A DNA stretch of 64,000 nucleotides from an uncultured Akkermansia sp. (GTDB taxonomy: Bacteria > Verrucomicrobiota > Verrucomicrobiia > Verrucomicrobiales > Akkermansiaceae), in NCBI GenBank assembly GCA_904501915.1, contig CAJGCV010000001.1:17280-81279 (forward strand), in the 5' to 3' direction. How positions within the stretch are numbered: position 1 is the first letter of the stretch; each line of letters opens with the position of its first letter. The notes under the pieces are model-generated. The model made no database searches, was not told the DNA's origin, and worked only from the letters and a program-made list of their open reading frames with translations. Of this stretch, positions 39,189 through 47,958 are shown in pieces. The position numbers were made by a program, and so were the translations under genes.

Positions 39189-40715
39189 TTAGTGACGGCG
39201 AGTATTCCAGATGATGACTGCAACGAAGAACGCCAGCAGAGGCATGACAAGCAGCGTCAGATTCTCCAGCATGCTGCGGGTGTGGCGATTCAGGTCGATT
39301 TTCATGGTGAGGTCCTGATTCGCGCTCTTGCCTCCATATTCCGGGCGGCTGCACATCCATGCCCAGAGGGTGTGCATATAGTCACGCTGTTCCGTTTTTG
39401 CATTTTCTTTCGAGAGCATGTCTATATTGCCCATCACAATCATGGTGGAAAGGTTATTGGGGTCGCGGGGTGTACCACGAGTAACTGCAGCAGCAAGGCA
39501 GAGCGGTCCCAGACGGTCTTCACCCTGGGTGAATGAAGGTTCAAGATCAAGCCTGGTTTCACCGTAGTAGGCATCGGTTGAATGGAGCAGGGGATATGTG
39601 CTCAATTTGCGCATGGCTGCAACATTTTCATCCCCGTGTTCCAGCGTGAGGGACATGCACTGCCCCTCCACCAGCGTGGTTCCGTTCCAGAAAGCCTTGG
39701 TGCAGTTAAGCCCCTTGGGGAAAACCGCGCTGATGTCGTAATAAGCCCGCTTGCGGTCGCGCAGGAGCACACGGTCACTGTTGGGGCGGATTCCTTGCTC
39801 GCGCAGGAACCGGTACAAGCGAGGAAGTTTGTTGTTGACCGTGGGATCCAGCGCAACAAAGAAAGCATTTCTGCCGTCGCGCTCCCAGAATTCACGCAGG
39901 ACAGACATTTCCTTATCTGTGAAATCTGACTGAGGTGAAATAATAATAAGGCCTTCTGCGTTTCTCGGCAGCACATCGATGTTGGCAATATCCACCCAGG
40001 AGAGCTGTATATTAAGCGCATTGGTGATATTACCGATGGATTCCAGCAGCGTCTGGTCATCCCGCGAAACACCACCTTTGCCTTCTACCACGCACATGTG
40101 GCGCATATTGCCTTCCACAGCCTCAGTAATGGCACCGCAGACTACCTCATCCATCATGAGAGCAACTGCACGGCGGCTTTCATCTGGCAGGGTCTCATAC
40201 TTGATGAAGGATGTACCGGGACGAATACGCACATGCTGGCGGTCGCTGTGTCGCTCTTCAAAGGTCTTGATGGGAGTGTTGGGGTTCTTTCTGGCATCGA
40301 TGATGCAGAGGTCCTGTTTGAACTCCACGCCATAGATCTGTGAAATTTCGCGAGCGCGGTTCGGCTGGCGTATGGGGTCAAAGCGTTCGATTTCAATTTT
40401 CCCATTTCCTACGCGTTCGTATTCCTCGAGCAATGAATACATGCGGGAGTAATTCGGCGTCGAGCGCTTAAACGCAAAGATGATACGCACGGGGGTGTCG
40501 CGTTTCTGAATCCGGTCGCTTGATAACACGTTTACGGTACGGTCAGAAATCGTATAACGCAAATCCTGAGAAAGGTCTCTGCGGGCATATTCATGACAAC
40601 CTACATAGTTGCAGGCGACCACGATAATGGCCAGCAGAAGAAGATTCAGCCAGGCAAGCGGGTTGTATTTCTGCTTGCGGGCGTCAGGATGACCAGTATA
40701 AGTCTTTTTTTTCAT
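39189..40715 (-). CDS. GldG-like ABC transporter auxiliary protein
   Basis: N- and C-terminal TMs, RRDLSQDLRYTISDRT, LLEEY, W..RR C-terminus. Confidence 0.85.
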   Translation of the reverse strand: MKKKTYTGHPDARKQKYNPLAWLNLLLLAIIVVACNYVGCHEYARRDLSQDLRYTISDRTVNVLSSDRIQKRDTPVRIIFAFKRSTPNYSRMYSLLEEYERVGNGKIEIERFDPIRQPNRAREISQIYGVEFKQDLCIIDARKNPNTPIKTFEERHSDRQHVRIRPGTSFIKYETLPDESRRAVALMMDEVVCGAITEAVEGNMRHMCVVEGKGGVSRDDQTLLESIGNITNALNIQLSWVDIANIDVLPRNAEGLIIISPQSDFTDKEMSVLREFWERDGRNAFFVALDPTVNNKLPRLYRFLREQGIRPNSDRVLLRDRKRAYYDISAVFPKGLNCTKAFWNGTTLVEGQCMSLTLEHGDENVAAMRKLSTYPLLHSTDAYYGETRLDLEPSFTQGEDRLGPLCLAAAVTRGTPRDPNNLSTMIVMGNIDMLSKENAKTEQRDYMHTLWAWMCSRPEYGGKSANQDLTMKIDLNRHTRSMLENLTLLVMPLLAFFVAVIIWNTRRH

Positions 40716-40743
40716 ATTGCCGGTAAAAGATGCTATTCAATTA

Positions 40744-41568
40744 TTAACGATGCCAGCGGCGATAGTCCACCACGCGTTTTGTCAGGGCTAATGTAAACAC
40801 CGTCAGGCTTACGTACAGTACGATGGGGCGTGTATCCATCAGACCGCGCGTGAAGGAACTGATCTGTTCGGATATGGACATGTAATGGAATGCCGGAGCT
40901 GCCGGGAATTCGCCCCAGAGTTCAGGCACACGCCCCATGAAGTAGTAGATGATGATAACGCAGGTGCAGACGATGCCGGCTATAATCTGACTTCTGGTAA
41001 GAGAAGAACAAAGAAGCCCGAGCGAAATAAAGAAACTACCAGAGATGAAGAGGATGCTGATGGGGCCGTACCAGTCGACCGGGGTGTAATTGATCCGGCC
41101 TTCCGGGACAACGTCGTATCGGATGCTGGTGTATAGATTGCCCAGATCGCTCATGCTCGGATATAACAGCATGGGAAGCCACAGAATCGTGTAGAACACA
41201 AGGGAGGCAAGGTATTTTCCAATCACAATCTGGGTGGTTGTCACTGGTGCCGTCAGCAGCCCTTCCATCGTGCCATGACTTTCTTCTTCTGCCATGGAGC
41301 GCATCGTTACCAACGGGAAAATAAAAATGAAGAAAAACCAGAAGTTAACATTGTCCAGCATGTAGTACATGATGCTCTCACCGGTGGCCTTACTCATGGT
41401 CTGGATGGCGGTCTGCAACCAGAAACCCTGCATAGCTATGGCGCATGCCAGGATGACCCAGCCGAAAGGTGTGCAGAGGAAACTCTTGATTTCTCTTGCA
41501 AAAATGGTACGCAGTGTATAAAACCAGCTGCGGGTGCGGGAAATGGATGTATTGGCGTTTTCCGACAT
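40744..41568 (-). CDS. GldF-like ABC-2 permease
   Basis: REIKSF, PLVTMRSMAEE, GTMEGLLTAPV, IGKYLA. Confidence 0.9.
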   Translation of the reverse strand: MSENANTSISRTRSWFYTLRTIFAREIKSFLCTPFGWVILACAIAMQGFWLQTAIQTMSKATGESIMYYMLDNVNFWFFFIFIFPLVTMRSMAEEESHGTMEGLLTAPVTTTQIVIGKYLASLVFYTILWLPMLLYPSMSDLGNLYTSIRYDVVPEGRINYTPVDWYGPISILFISGSFFISLGLLCSSLTRSQIIAGIVCTCVIIIYYFMGRVPELWGEFPAAPAFHYMSISEQISSFTRGLMDTRPIVLYVSLTVFTLALTKRVVDYRRWHR

Positions 41569-41581
41569 AGATATTGAAACG

Positions 41582-42523
41582 TTAGTCTTTTCGGGTCATT
41601 TCTACGAATACATCTTCGAGGCTGGGTATATGCCGATAGATGTGACGCATGGGGAAATGGTGTGCTGCAATGATAGCTGCTGCTTTTTCTCGTGTGTCTG
41701 TCCCCGGTTCTGCGCGTACAATGACGTGGTGCCAGCCGCCGGGCAGGGTGTCTTCCACTATTACTTTCTTAACCGGAGCAAAATCTTCCAGCTCTTTGAC
41801 TACAACATCCAAATCGCCCTTGAATTCAATAGAAACACGACCAGCTGCGCGAAGCCCTCGCGTCAGATTGGTCGGGGTGTCGTTCGCTTTAATCTTGCCC
41901 TGGTCGATGATGATAACCTTATTGCAAATCATTTCCACTTCACTCAGGATGTGTGTGGAAAGAATAACGGTGTGTTCTTCGGCTAATGAGCGCACTAATT
42001 CCCGAATCTGTCGTATCTGATTGGGGTCCAGACCGTTAGTAGGTTCGTCAAGTATAAGCAAATCCGGGTTGCCCAGCAGCGCATCTGCCAGTCCGACTCG
42101 TTGGCGGTAGCCTTTGGAAAGCGTGCTGATGAGGTTCTTACGCTTGGGCTCAAGTCCGCAGCGATCCACAACCCAGCCGACTTGCTGGCGCACGGATTTG
42201 CCACATATGCCTTTGAGGCGTGCGCGGTACTCCAGATACTGCGTTACGCGCATGTCATCGTACAACGGCACATTTTCAGGCATATATCCCAGATGCCGGC
42301 GGGATTCCAACGGCTCGTCGATGATATCGTGCCCGGCAATGCTCGCTGTGCCGGCTGTCGGAGGCAGATATCCGGTCAACATTTTCATTGTAGTTGTCTT
42401 TCCTGCGCCGTTCGGGCCAAGAAATCCGACAATCTCTCCTTTTTCAATCGAAAATGTTGCATCCTGAACCGCCGTAAAGCGTCCAAAAACTTTATGCAGA
42501 TGCTCAACTGTCACCATACTCAT
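41582..42523 (-). CDS. GldA-like ABC transporter ATP-binding protein
   Basis: GPNGAGKTT, LSKGYRQR, ILDEP, STHILSEV; TTGAAA-16-TAAAAT upstream. Confidence 0.95.
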   Translation of the reverse strand: MSMVTVEHLHKVFGRFTAVQDATFSIEKGEIVGFLGPNGAGKTTTMKMLTGYLPPTAGTASIAGHDIIDEPLESRRHLGYMPENVPLYDDMRVTQYLEYRARLKGICGKSVRQQVGWVVDRCGLEPKRKNLISTLSKGYRQRVGLADALLGNPDLLILDEPTNGLDPNQIRQIRELVRSLAEEHTVILSTHILSEVEMICNKVIIIDQGKIKANDTPTNLTRGLRAAGRVSIEFKGDLDVVVKELEDFAPVKKVIVEDTLPGGWHHVIVRAEPGTDTREKAAAIIAAHHFPMRHIYRHIPSLEDVFVEMTRKD

Positions 42524-42704
42524 AAGCGCGAAGCATTTTAACAGCTTTTCCGGCTATTTCAAGCTGATTCTTTCCTGCTGCCGCAAACTAGGTTTTAATT
42601 ACGCATTACGCATATTATGCGTAGTTGTAAATTTCTTTTTTTTTCCTTTCCTGTCGCGATTCTCTCTTGACTATGCCCTGATGCGAGGAGTAGTATGATG
42701 TTCT

Positions 42705-43112
42705 ATGGTGAAATGCACAATAAAATATGAAGGAGGTTTGCACTGCTCATTGGAGCACGGTCCGTCTGGAGCACAGGCAAGCACAGATGCGCCGGTAGAC
42801 AACCGCGGCAAAGGAGAATCGTTTTCTCCTACGGATATGATGTGCTGCGCCATGGCTGCGTGCATGGAAACAATCATGGGCATATACGCAGCGGACAACG
42901 GTCTTGATTTAAGCGGTACGGTAATTACCGTAGAAAAAGAGATGAGCGCCAATCCGCGCCGCATAGCTCGCATTGTAACAGAAATTACCGTACCCCTGCC
43001 CGAAAACAATCCGCACAAAGACGCGCTGCTTGATTGCGTCATGGGAAGCCCTGCCATGCGCAGCCTGCATCCGGACATTGAAGTCCCGCTTACCTGGAAC
43101 TGGATAGGCTGA
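42705..43112 (+). CDS. OsmC family protein
   Basis: TDAPVDNRGKGESFSPTD, ACMETIMG, SLHPDI. Confidence 0.9.
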   Translation: MVKCTIKYEGGLHCSLEHGPSGAQASTDAPVDNRGKGESFSPTDMMCCAMAACMETIMGIYAADNGLDLSGTVITVEKEMSANPRRIARIVTEITVPLPENNPHKDALLDCVMGSPAMRSLHPDIEVPLTWNWIG

Positions 43113-43114
43113 AC

Positions 43115-43555
43115 ATGAAACGCCTGAGCTTCATCTACGCCGCAGCCCCGTTAACGGTGGCGTTGAACACCCTTCCAGGTATGCTGGATGGAGCGTGGCG
43201 GGTGATTCTTGCAGGCATTCTGGCGATTGCGCTCTGGGCTGTGGTATGGGTGCGCGTATACACAAACAAGAAACTGCGCCCGGAGTTTGCCATTCTGATT
43301 ATACTGCCAGCTCTTTGTCACCACATTCTCGGGGCATGTAATCCAGAGTTTGCTGCGACATTTCAAACCCCTGGATGGCAGAATTTCAATTTCTTCCTGT
43401 GGCTTGCCAGCATCATCGTCATGATACGAGCTCTTCTTCCCACACCCCGGGAACATAAAGGCCGGCTCGTGTCGGATTCAGTTTTTATCTTTATGTCAAT
43501 CATCAGCGTCACCTATGGATTAAGCTGTTGGATGACAACGCATGTAACCTTTTAA
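43115..43555 (+). CDS. Hypothetical membrane protein
   Basis: Four to five hydrophobic segments; 2 nt after the OsmC-family stop. Confidence 0.7.
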   Translation: MKRLSFIYAAAPLTVALNTLPGMLDGAWRVILAGILAIALWAVVWVRVYTNKKLRPEFAILIILPALCHHILGACNPEFAATFQTPGWQNFNFFLWLASIIVMIRALLPTPREHKGRLVSDSVFIFMSIISVTYGLSCWMTTHVTF

Positions 43556-43575
43556 ACACCAATAAACTAACATAT

Positions 43576-44232
43576 ATGAAACGTAGTCTCTACCTGCTTA
43601 CTGCCGGCCTGATTCTCAGCTCCTGCACCGAACCCGGTGATGTTGTAACCGGACGCGCCCGCATTATCTTGAAAAACCAGCCGGCAACATACGCCACCCC
43701 TGCCCCTGTGGCAGTAGCCCCAGTGGTGACACCTGCGCCAGTTGTAGTTGCACCGACACCAGCCCCGGTGGTGACGCCTGCGCCAGTTGTAGTTGCACCG
43801 ACACCAGCCCCGGTGGTAACAGCCGCGCCTGTCGTGGCAGCTGCTCCAGCTCCTGTGGCAACAGCCCCTGCACCGGCACCTGCACGCCCGATTGTAGCGC
43901 AGAACCAGCCCGCATATATCGCGCCCTCGCCGGCACCAGCACCTGCTCGTGTAACCAGTGTACCCGTTGCTAAACCAGCTCCTGCAGTTGTATACAATGC
44001 CCCCGTAGCCGTCCAGCAGCCCCAGGGTACTCAATATTATGTAGTGCAACCCGCACAGCCCGCAGTTCAGCGCCCGGTGTACAACCGCACTGCTGTATCC
44101 CAGCAGCAGCCTGCGGTAGGTGCCCCCCGTGGTGTCAACTGGAATCAGCCGCAGACAGCCCCTGCCGCCCGCAGATCCTTCCCGATTATGCCGGGGCAGA
44201 ATCGTGGCCTTCGTTTCCGTCGCCAATACTAA
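43576..44232 (+). CDS. Pro/Ala/Val-rich low-complexity lipoprotein
   Basis: Lipobox LSSC after a signal peptide; APVV/TPAP repeats; basic C-terminus MPGQNRGLRFRRQY. Confidence 0.8.
   Translation: MKRSLYLLTAGLILSSCTEPGDVVTGRARIILKNQPATYATPAPVAVAPVVTPAPVVVAPTPAPVVTPAPVVVAPTPAPVVTAAPVVAAAPAPVATAPAPAPARPIVAQNQPAYIAPSPAPAPARVTSVPVAKPAPAVVYNAPVAVQQPQGTQYYVVQPAQPAVQRPVYNRTAVSQQQPAVGAPRGVNWNQPQTAPAARRSFPIMPGQNRGLRFRRQY
43716..43829 (+). repeat. 45-bp coding tandem repeat (~2.5 copies)
   Basis: AGCCCCRGTGGTGACRCCTGCGCCAGTTGTAGTTGCACCGACACC units encoding APVVTPAPVVVAPTP. Confidence 0.9.
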
Positions 44233-44244
44233 TAACTGCGTGTT

Positions 44245-44973
44245 ATGCCCAAACAGCGGCTGGACGTACTGGTGGCTCAGCAGGGACTCTGCGATTCACG
44301 GGAACAGGCACAGCGCCTCATTCTCGCTGGTGAGGTGAGCGTTAAAGGTCAGGTTATCACCAAACCCGGCACAAAGGTGGATGATACCCTGCCCATTACC
44401 GTGAAAAACAAACCCCGGTATGTCAGCCGCGGTGGGCTTAAACTGGAAGGAGCACTCAAAGCCTTCCCGGTGAAGGCAGAAGGCAAGATTTGTCTTGATA
44501 TCGGCTCATCCACAGGCGGTTTCACCGATTGTCTGTTGCAAAATGGCGCTCAACGTGTTCACGCTGTGGATGTAGGCACCAACCAACTGGTGTGGAAACT
44601 GCGCAATGACCCAAGAGTCATTGTTAAGGAACAGTTCAATGCCCGCTATATGACCCCCTCGGATTTAGGGGAGAAAGTTCAACTCATTGTAAGTGATGTC
44701 TCCTTTATTTCCCTGACCAAGATATTGCCAGCTGCGTATGAGTGTCTGGAGGATAGGGGAGATATGCTGGTTCTCATCAAGCCGCAGTTTGAATTACAGC
44801 CAGAAGATATCGGACCGGGCGGCATCGTGCGTGACCCGGAGTTACACCAGCGAGCCGTAGAAAAGATACGTCTCTTTGTGACCGAAGAATTGAAGCGCGA
44901 ATGGTGCGGCGTGGCTGATTCCCCCATTACCGGAATGGAAGGAAACAAAGAGTTTCTAGCATGGTTGCGCTAA
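44245..44973 (+). CDS. tlyA: TlyA family rRNA 2'-O-methyltransferase
   Basis: S4 domain RLD, YVSRGGLKL, DIGSSTGGFTD, DVSFISL, IKPQFE, SPITG...GNKEFL. Confidence 0.96.
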   Translation: MPKQRLDVLVAQQGLCDSREQAQRLILAGEVSVKGQVITKPGTKVDDTLPITVKNKPRYVSRGGLKLEGALKAFPVKAEGKICLDIGSSTGGFTDCLLQNGAQRVHAVDVGTNQLVWKLRNDPRVIVKEQFNARYMTPSDLGEKVQLIVSDVSFISLTKILPAAYECLEDRGDMLVLIKPQFELQPEDIGPGGIVRDPELHQRAVEKIRLFVTEELKREWCGVADSPITGMEGNKEFLAWLR

Positions 44974-44976
44974 AGC

Positions 44977-47106
44977 TTAGCATGTAGTAACAGCTTCGCT
45001 GTCTATCGCTACCAGATTTTTCAAATAAAGGTGCTCGGGCAATTGCAAGCCCGGGTCCTTTTGTAATATGGCTGCCGCTTCCCGGCTGGCGCGGTGAAGC
45101 AGGCGTGTATCTGCCAACCATTCGGGGAACTCTATGCTGCCCATGCCGCTCTGCGCCGTTCCCAGCACGTCTCCCGGGCCGCGAAGCCGGAAATCTTCTT
45201 CTGCGATTTCAAAGCCATTGAGCGTGCGGCACATAATTTCCAATTTTTCTCTGCCCGGTTCTCCGGCCTTGGCAGAGGATAGCAGAATGCAGTAGCTTTT
45301 GTGCTGACCGCGGCCTATACGGCCGCGCAACTGGTGAAGCTGCGAAAGACCGAAGCTGTCCGCATCATTAATAATCATGATGCTGGCATTCGGAACATCC
45401 ACCCCGACTTCCACAACCGTGGTTGCCACCAGCAACTCAGTCTCTCCTGCAGAAAAATGCTGCATAACAGCCTCTTTTTCATCGGCTGACATGCGGCCAT
45501 GAAGCAAACCTATGCGCCGCTGTGGAAAGATTTCCTGCCAATGCGCCAATTCACCCATGGCGCTGCTTTGCTTGCGGGTATCACTCTCCTCCACCAGAGG
45601 GGAAACGACGTAAACCTGCCTCCCTGCATCCATCTGTTCTGCCATGAAAGATATGATACGCTTCATATTGGCAGGATTCCGCAGAGCCGTTACAATCTCT
45701 CCCCTGTTTGCAGGAAGTTCGTCAATGACAGACACCTCCAGGTCACCGTAGAGTGTGAGCGTCAGCGTCCGGGGAATAGGAGTCGCAGTCATCACCAGGA
45801 CATCCGGGTTGTCCCCACTGGCAATGAAGCGTTCGCGTTGTTCTACGCCGAATTTGTGCTGCTCATCAATAACAGCGAGACCGAGGTTAACCGGACGGTT
45901 CTTTTTGAATAACAATGCATGTGTGCCGACAATGATGCGGGGAGTGCTGTCATACTCCCCCTGCTCCAGCAGCACCCCCGTATCATCCTTGTGTTCAGAG
46001 GTGCGCAGAGATACCTGAACATCTGTGTGTTGCAGCAAACGGCAGAAATTGCGGTAGTGCTGTTCCGCCAGAATCTGGGTCGGGGCGAGCATGGCTGCCA
46101 CTTTACCGCTGCCTACAGCAAGAAGCATAGCGCAAAGCGCCACCAGTGTTTTGCCGCTGCCCACATCTCCTTGCAGCAGCCGGTTCATTTGTTTCCGGCT
46201 CGCCATGTCTGCCTGAATCTCCTGAATGCACCGCATCTGAGCCTGCGTCAGCTGGAACGGCAGAGACTGGATAAGCTCTTCCATGTAGGCAGGACAGGAA
46301 GCCGTTACCTGCCCTTTGCGCTCCTGAAGTCTGTGCCTGCGCCAGGCAACCCGGAATTGTTGCTCAAAACATTCAGACAGAGCAAACCGCAAGCGCGCGC
46401 GGCGGTGCTGCTCTTCGGATTCCGGGAAATGGATATCGCGCACAGCTTGCCAGAACGGGTAGGCCGGTGCTACATCGTATCCGGGAGTCGGCAGGTTGGG
46501 TGATAGTTGTTGCAGTGCATTCCAAACCAGTGCACGGTAACTACGCGCAGAAATGCCAGCCACACTCTTGTAGATAGGAACGATGCGGTCAGTATGAATC
46601 GGCGCGGTGTTAGCGGAGGGAATGGTAGCGGCAAAGCCAAGCCCTCCCATGGCTGCTTCCACAAGTCTGCGTCCTGCATCTTCATCATCCATGATTTCAA
46701 AATCAGGGTTTGCAATGGTGAGTTTACCCCCATAAACCCTGATTTTTCCATAAATAGAAAGATTCATGCCGGTTGCCAGCAACTTGGCAACATAGGGCAT
46801 ATTAAACCAGCGAAGATACAATCGAGTACCATGAGGGTCTCCCTGTGTGCCGACCGTTGCTTCAAAATAACGCTTGTATGAAAACCTCCAGGCGCAACTC
46901 AAAACATGAACCCGGGCACAAACGGTATCCCCATTCTCCACCAGGTGCAATTCCGTGGAGCTGCGCCTGTCTTCATAGCGCCGGGGTATGCGCCTGAGGA
47001 GTTGCTGTACTGTGCGTATTCCTGCTGCGTCAAATGCCTGCAGCTCGCGCCGGGAAACGGTCCCCAGCGCAGATATCAGGGATTCCGGCTGCAGGCACGC
47101 ATTCAT
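44977..47106 (-). CDS. recG: ATP-dependent DNA helicase RecG
   Basis: QGDVGSGKT, DEQHKFGV, TATPIPRT, QLRGRIGRG, RGPGDVLG. Confidence 0.97.
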   Translation of the reverse strand: MNACLQPESLISALGTVSRRELQAFDAAGIRTVQQLLRRIPRRYEDRRSSTELHLVENGDTVCARVHVLSCAWRFSYKRYFEATVGTQGDPHGTRLYLRWFNMPYVAKLLATGMNLSIYGKIRVYGGKLTIANPDFEIMDDEDAGRRLVEAAMGGLGFAATIPSANTAPIHTDRIVPIYKSVAGISARSYRALVWNALQQLSPNLPTPGYDVAPAYPFWQAVRDIHFPESEEQHRRARLRFALSECFEQQFRVAWRRHRLQERKGQVTASCPAYMEELIQSLPFQLTQAQMRCIQEIQADMASRKQMNRLLQGDVGSGKTLVALCAMLLAVGSGKVAAMLAPTQILAEQHYRNFCRLLQHTDVQVSLRTSEHKDDTGVLLEQGEYDSTPRIIVGTHALLFKKNRPVNLGLAVIDEQHKFGVEQRERFIASGDNPDVLVMTATPIPRTLTLTLYGDLEVSVIDELPANRGEIVTALRNPANMKRIISFMAEQMDAGRQVYVVSPLVEESDTRKQSSAMGELAHWQEIFPQRRIGLLHGRMSADEKEAVMQHFSAGETELLVATTVVEVGVDVPNASIMIINDADSFGLSQLHQLRGRIGRGQHKSYCILLSSAKAGEPGREKLEIMCRTLNGFEIAEEDFRLRGPGDVLGTAQSGMGSIEFPEWLADTRLLHRASREAAAILQKDPGLQLPEHLYLKNLVAIDSEAVTTC

Positions 47107-47801
47107 CAGCGGTTGGATTTACCCTGGTTAATGCAGCGGTAATAATAGTCAACCCGGCTGTGGAACCATGCCCACTTGGGCCCAGGACGCCCATTGGTCA
47201 GCAGGGGTGCCGGACAGTTTTTGCGCGTCCAGTGGTAGTGAGGCACGACGCGACGCAGGTTGATACCATAGCGTTTCATCAGCACAGCGGTCAGCTTGGC
47301 GGCTCTGTCCCATGTGCGGAAATGGTTGTGCCCTTTGTTTTCGCACTCGCACATTTCGATGCCGATGGAGTTATGATTACCCGCCGGAGTTCCGGCATGC
47401 CAGCCGGTTTCACGCAGTGGCAGATTCTGCACGCACATGAACTGGTCAACCGTAAAATGCCAGCTGCGGTTTGTGAATGCACCGCGGCAAAGTGCGCGGG
47501 AGTGCTGCATGGCGGTAGATGAAGGTGAATGGTTTGCTGTGCTGTGAATTGTGATGAAAGCGGGATTTAACCGGCGGGCTCCGCGACGCTGGCGGGAATT
47601 AGACGGCATAATGCGCACCTTGATGTTCACTTCTCTGGCAAGCCTGGCTATACTACGCTGAACAAGCGGTGTTGCCACTGTCTTGAATCGCACAGCCCTG
47701 GGGGTACGGAGATAGGAATTCCCCCCCTGTTGCTGGCACGCAGTAAAGACTGAGGCAAAAGCCAACAGAGAAAAGATGATGAGTTTTCCGAAGCGTGCCA
47801 T
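47106..47801 (-). CDS. N-acetylmuramoyl-L-alanine amidase (Amidase_2), probable lipoprotein
   Basis: ITIHSTAN, WHFTVD, WHAG, SIGIEMC, VVPH...KNCP; FTAC lipobox; TTGCCA-17-CAGAAT-6-ATG. Confidence 0.88.
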   Translation of the reverse strand: MARFGKLIIFSLLAFASVFTACQQQGGNSYLRTPRAVRFKTVATPLVQRSIARLAREVNIKVRIMPSNSRQRRGARRLNPAFITIHSTANHSPSSTAMQHSRALCRGAFTNRSWHFTVDQFMCVQNLPLRETGWHAGTPAGNHNSIGIEMCECENKGHNHFRTWDRAAKLTAVLMKRYGINLRRVVPHYHWTRKNCPAPLLTNGRPGPKWAWFHSRVDYYYRCINQGKSNR

Positions 47802-47958
47802 GCACGTATTCTGCCATTCCTGCACCGGCTTGGCAAGTTCAAATGGTGTCGTGCAGCAAGTTTTCAGGGCTTACTCACGAGAACCCTTCCATTGGTTTTG
47901 CCCTGCTTTCATCTATAATTTTATTGCGTGCTGCAGCATCCTGTGATAATGTGATGCT

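Noticed and set aside
39189..42523. Gliding motility inferred from GldA/F/G similarity
   Set aside because: This ABC module is widespread in non-gliding bacteria and no other motility genes are present
44245..44973. TlyA as a hemolysin/virulence factor
   Set aside because: The sequence shows only the S4 plus methyltransferase features of a housekeeping rRNA methylase
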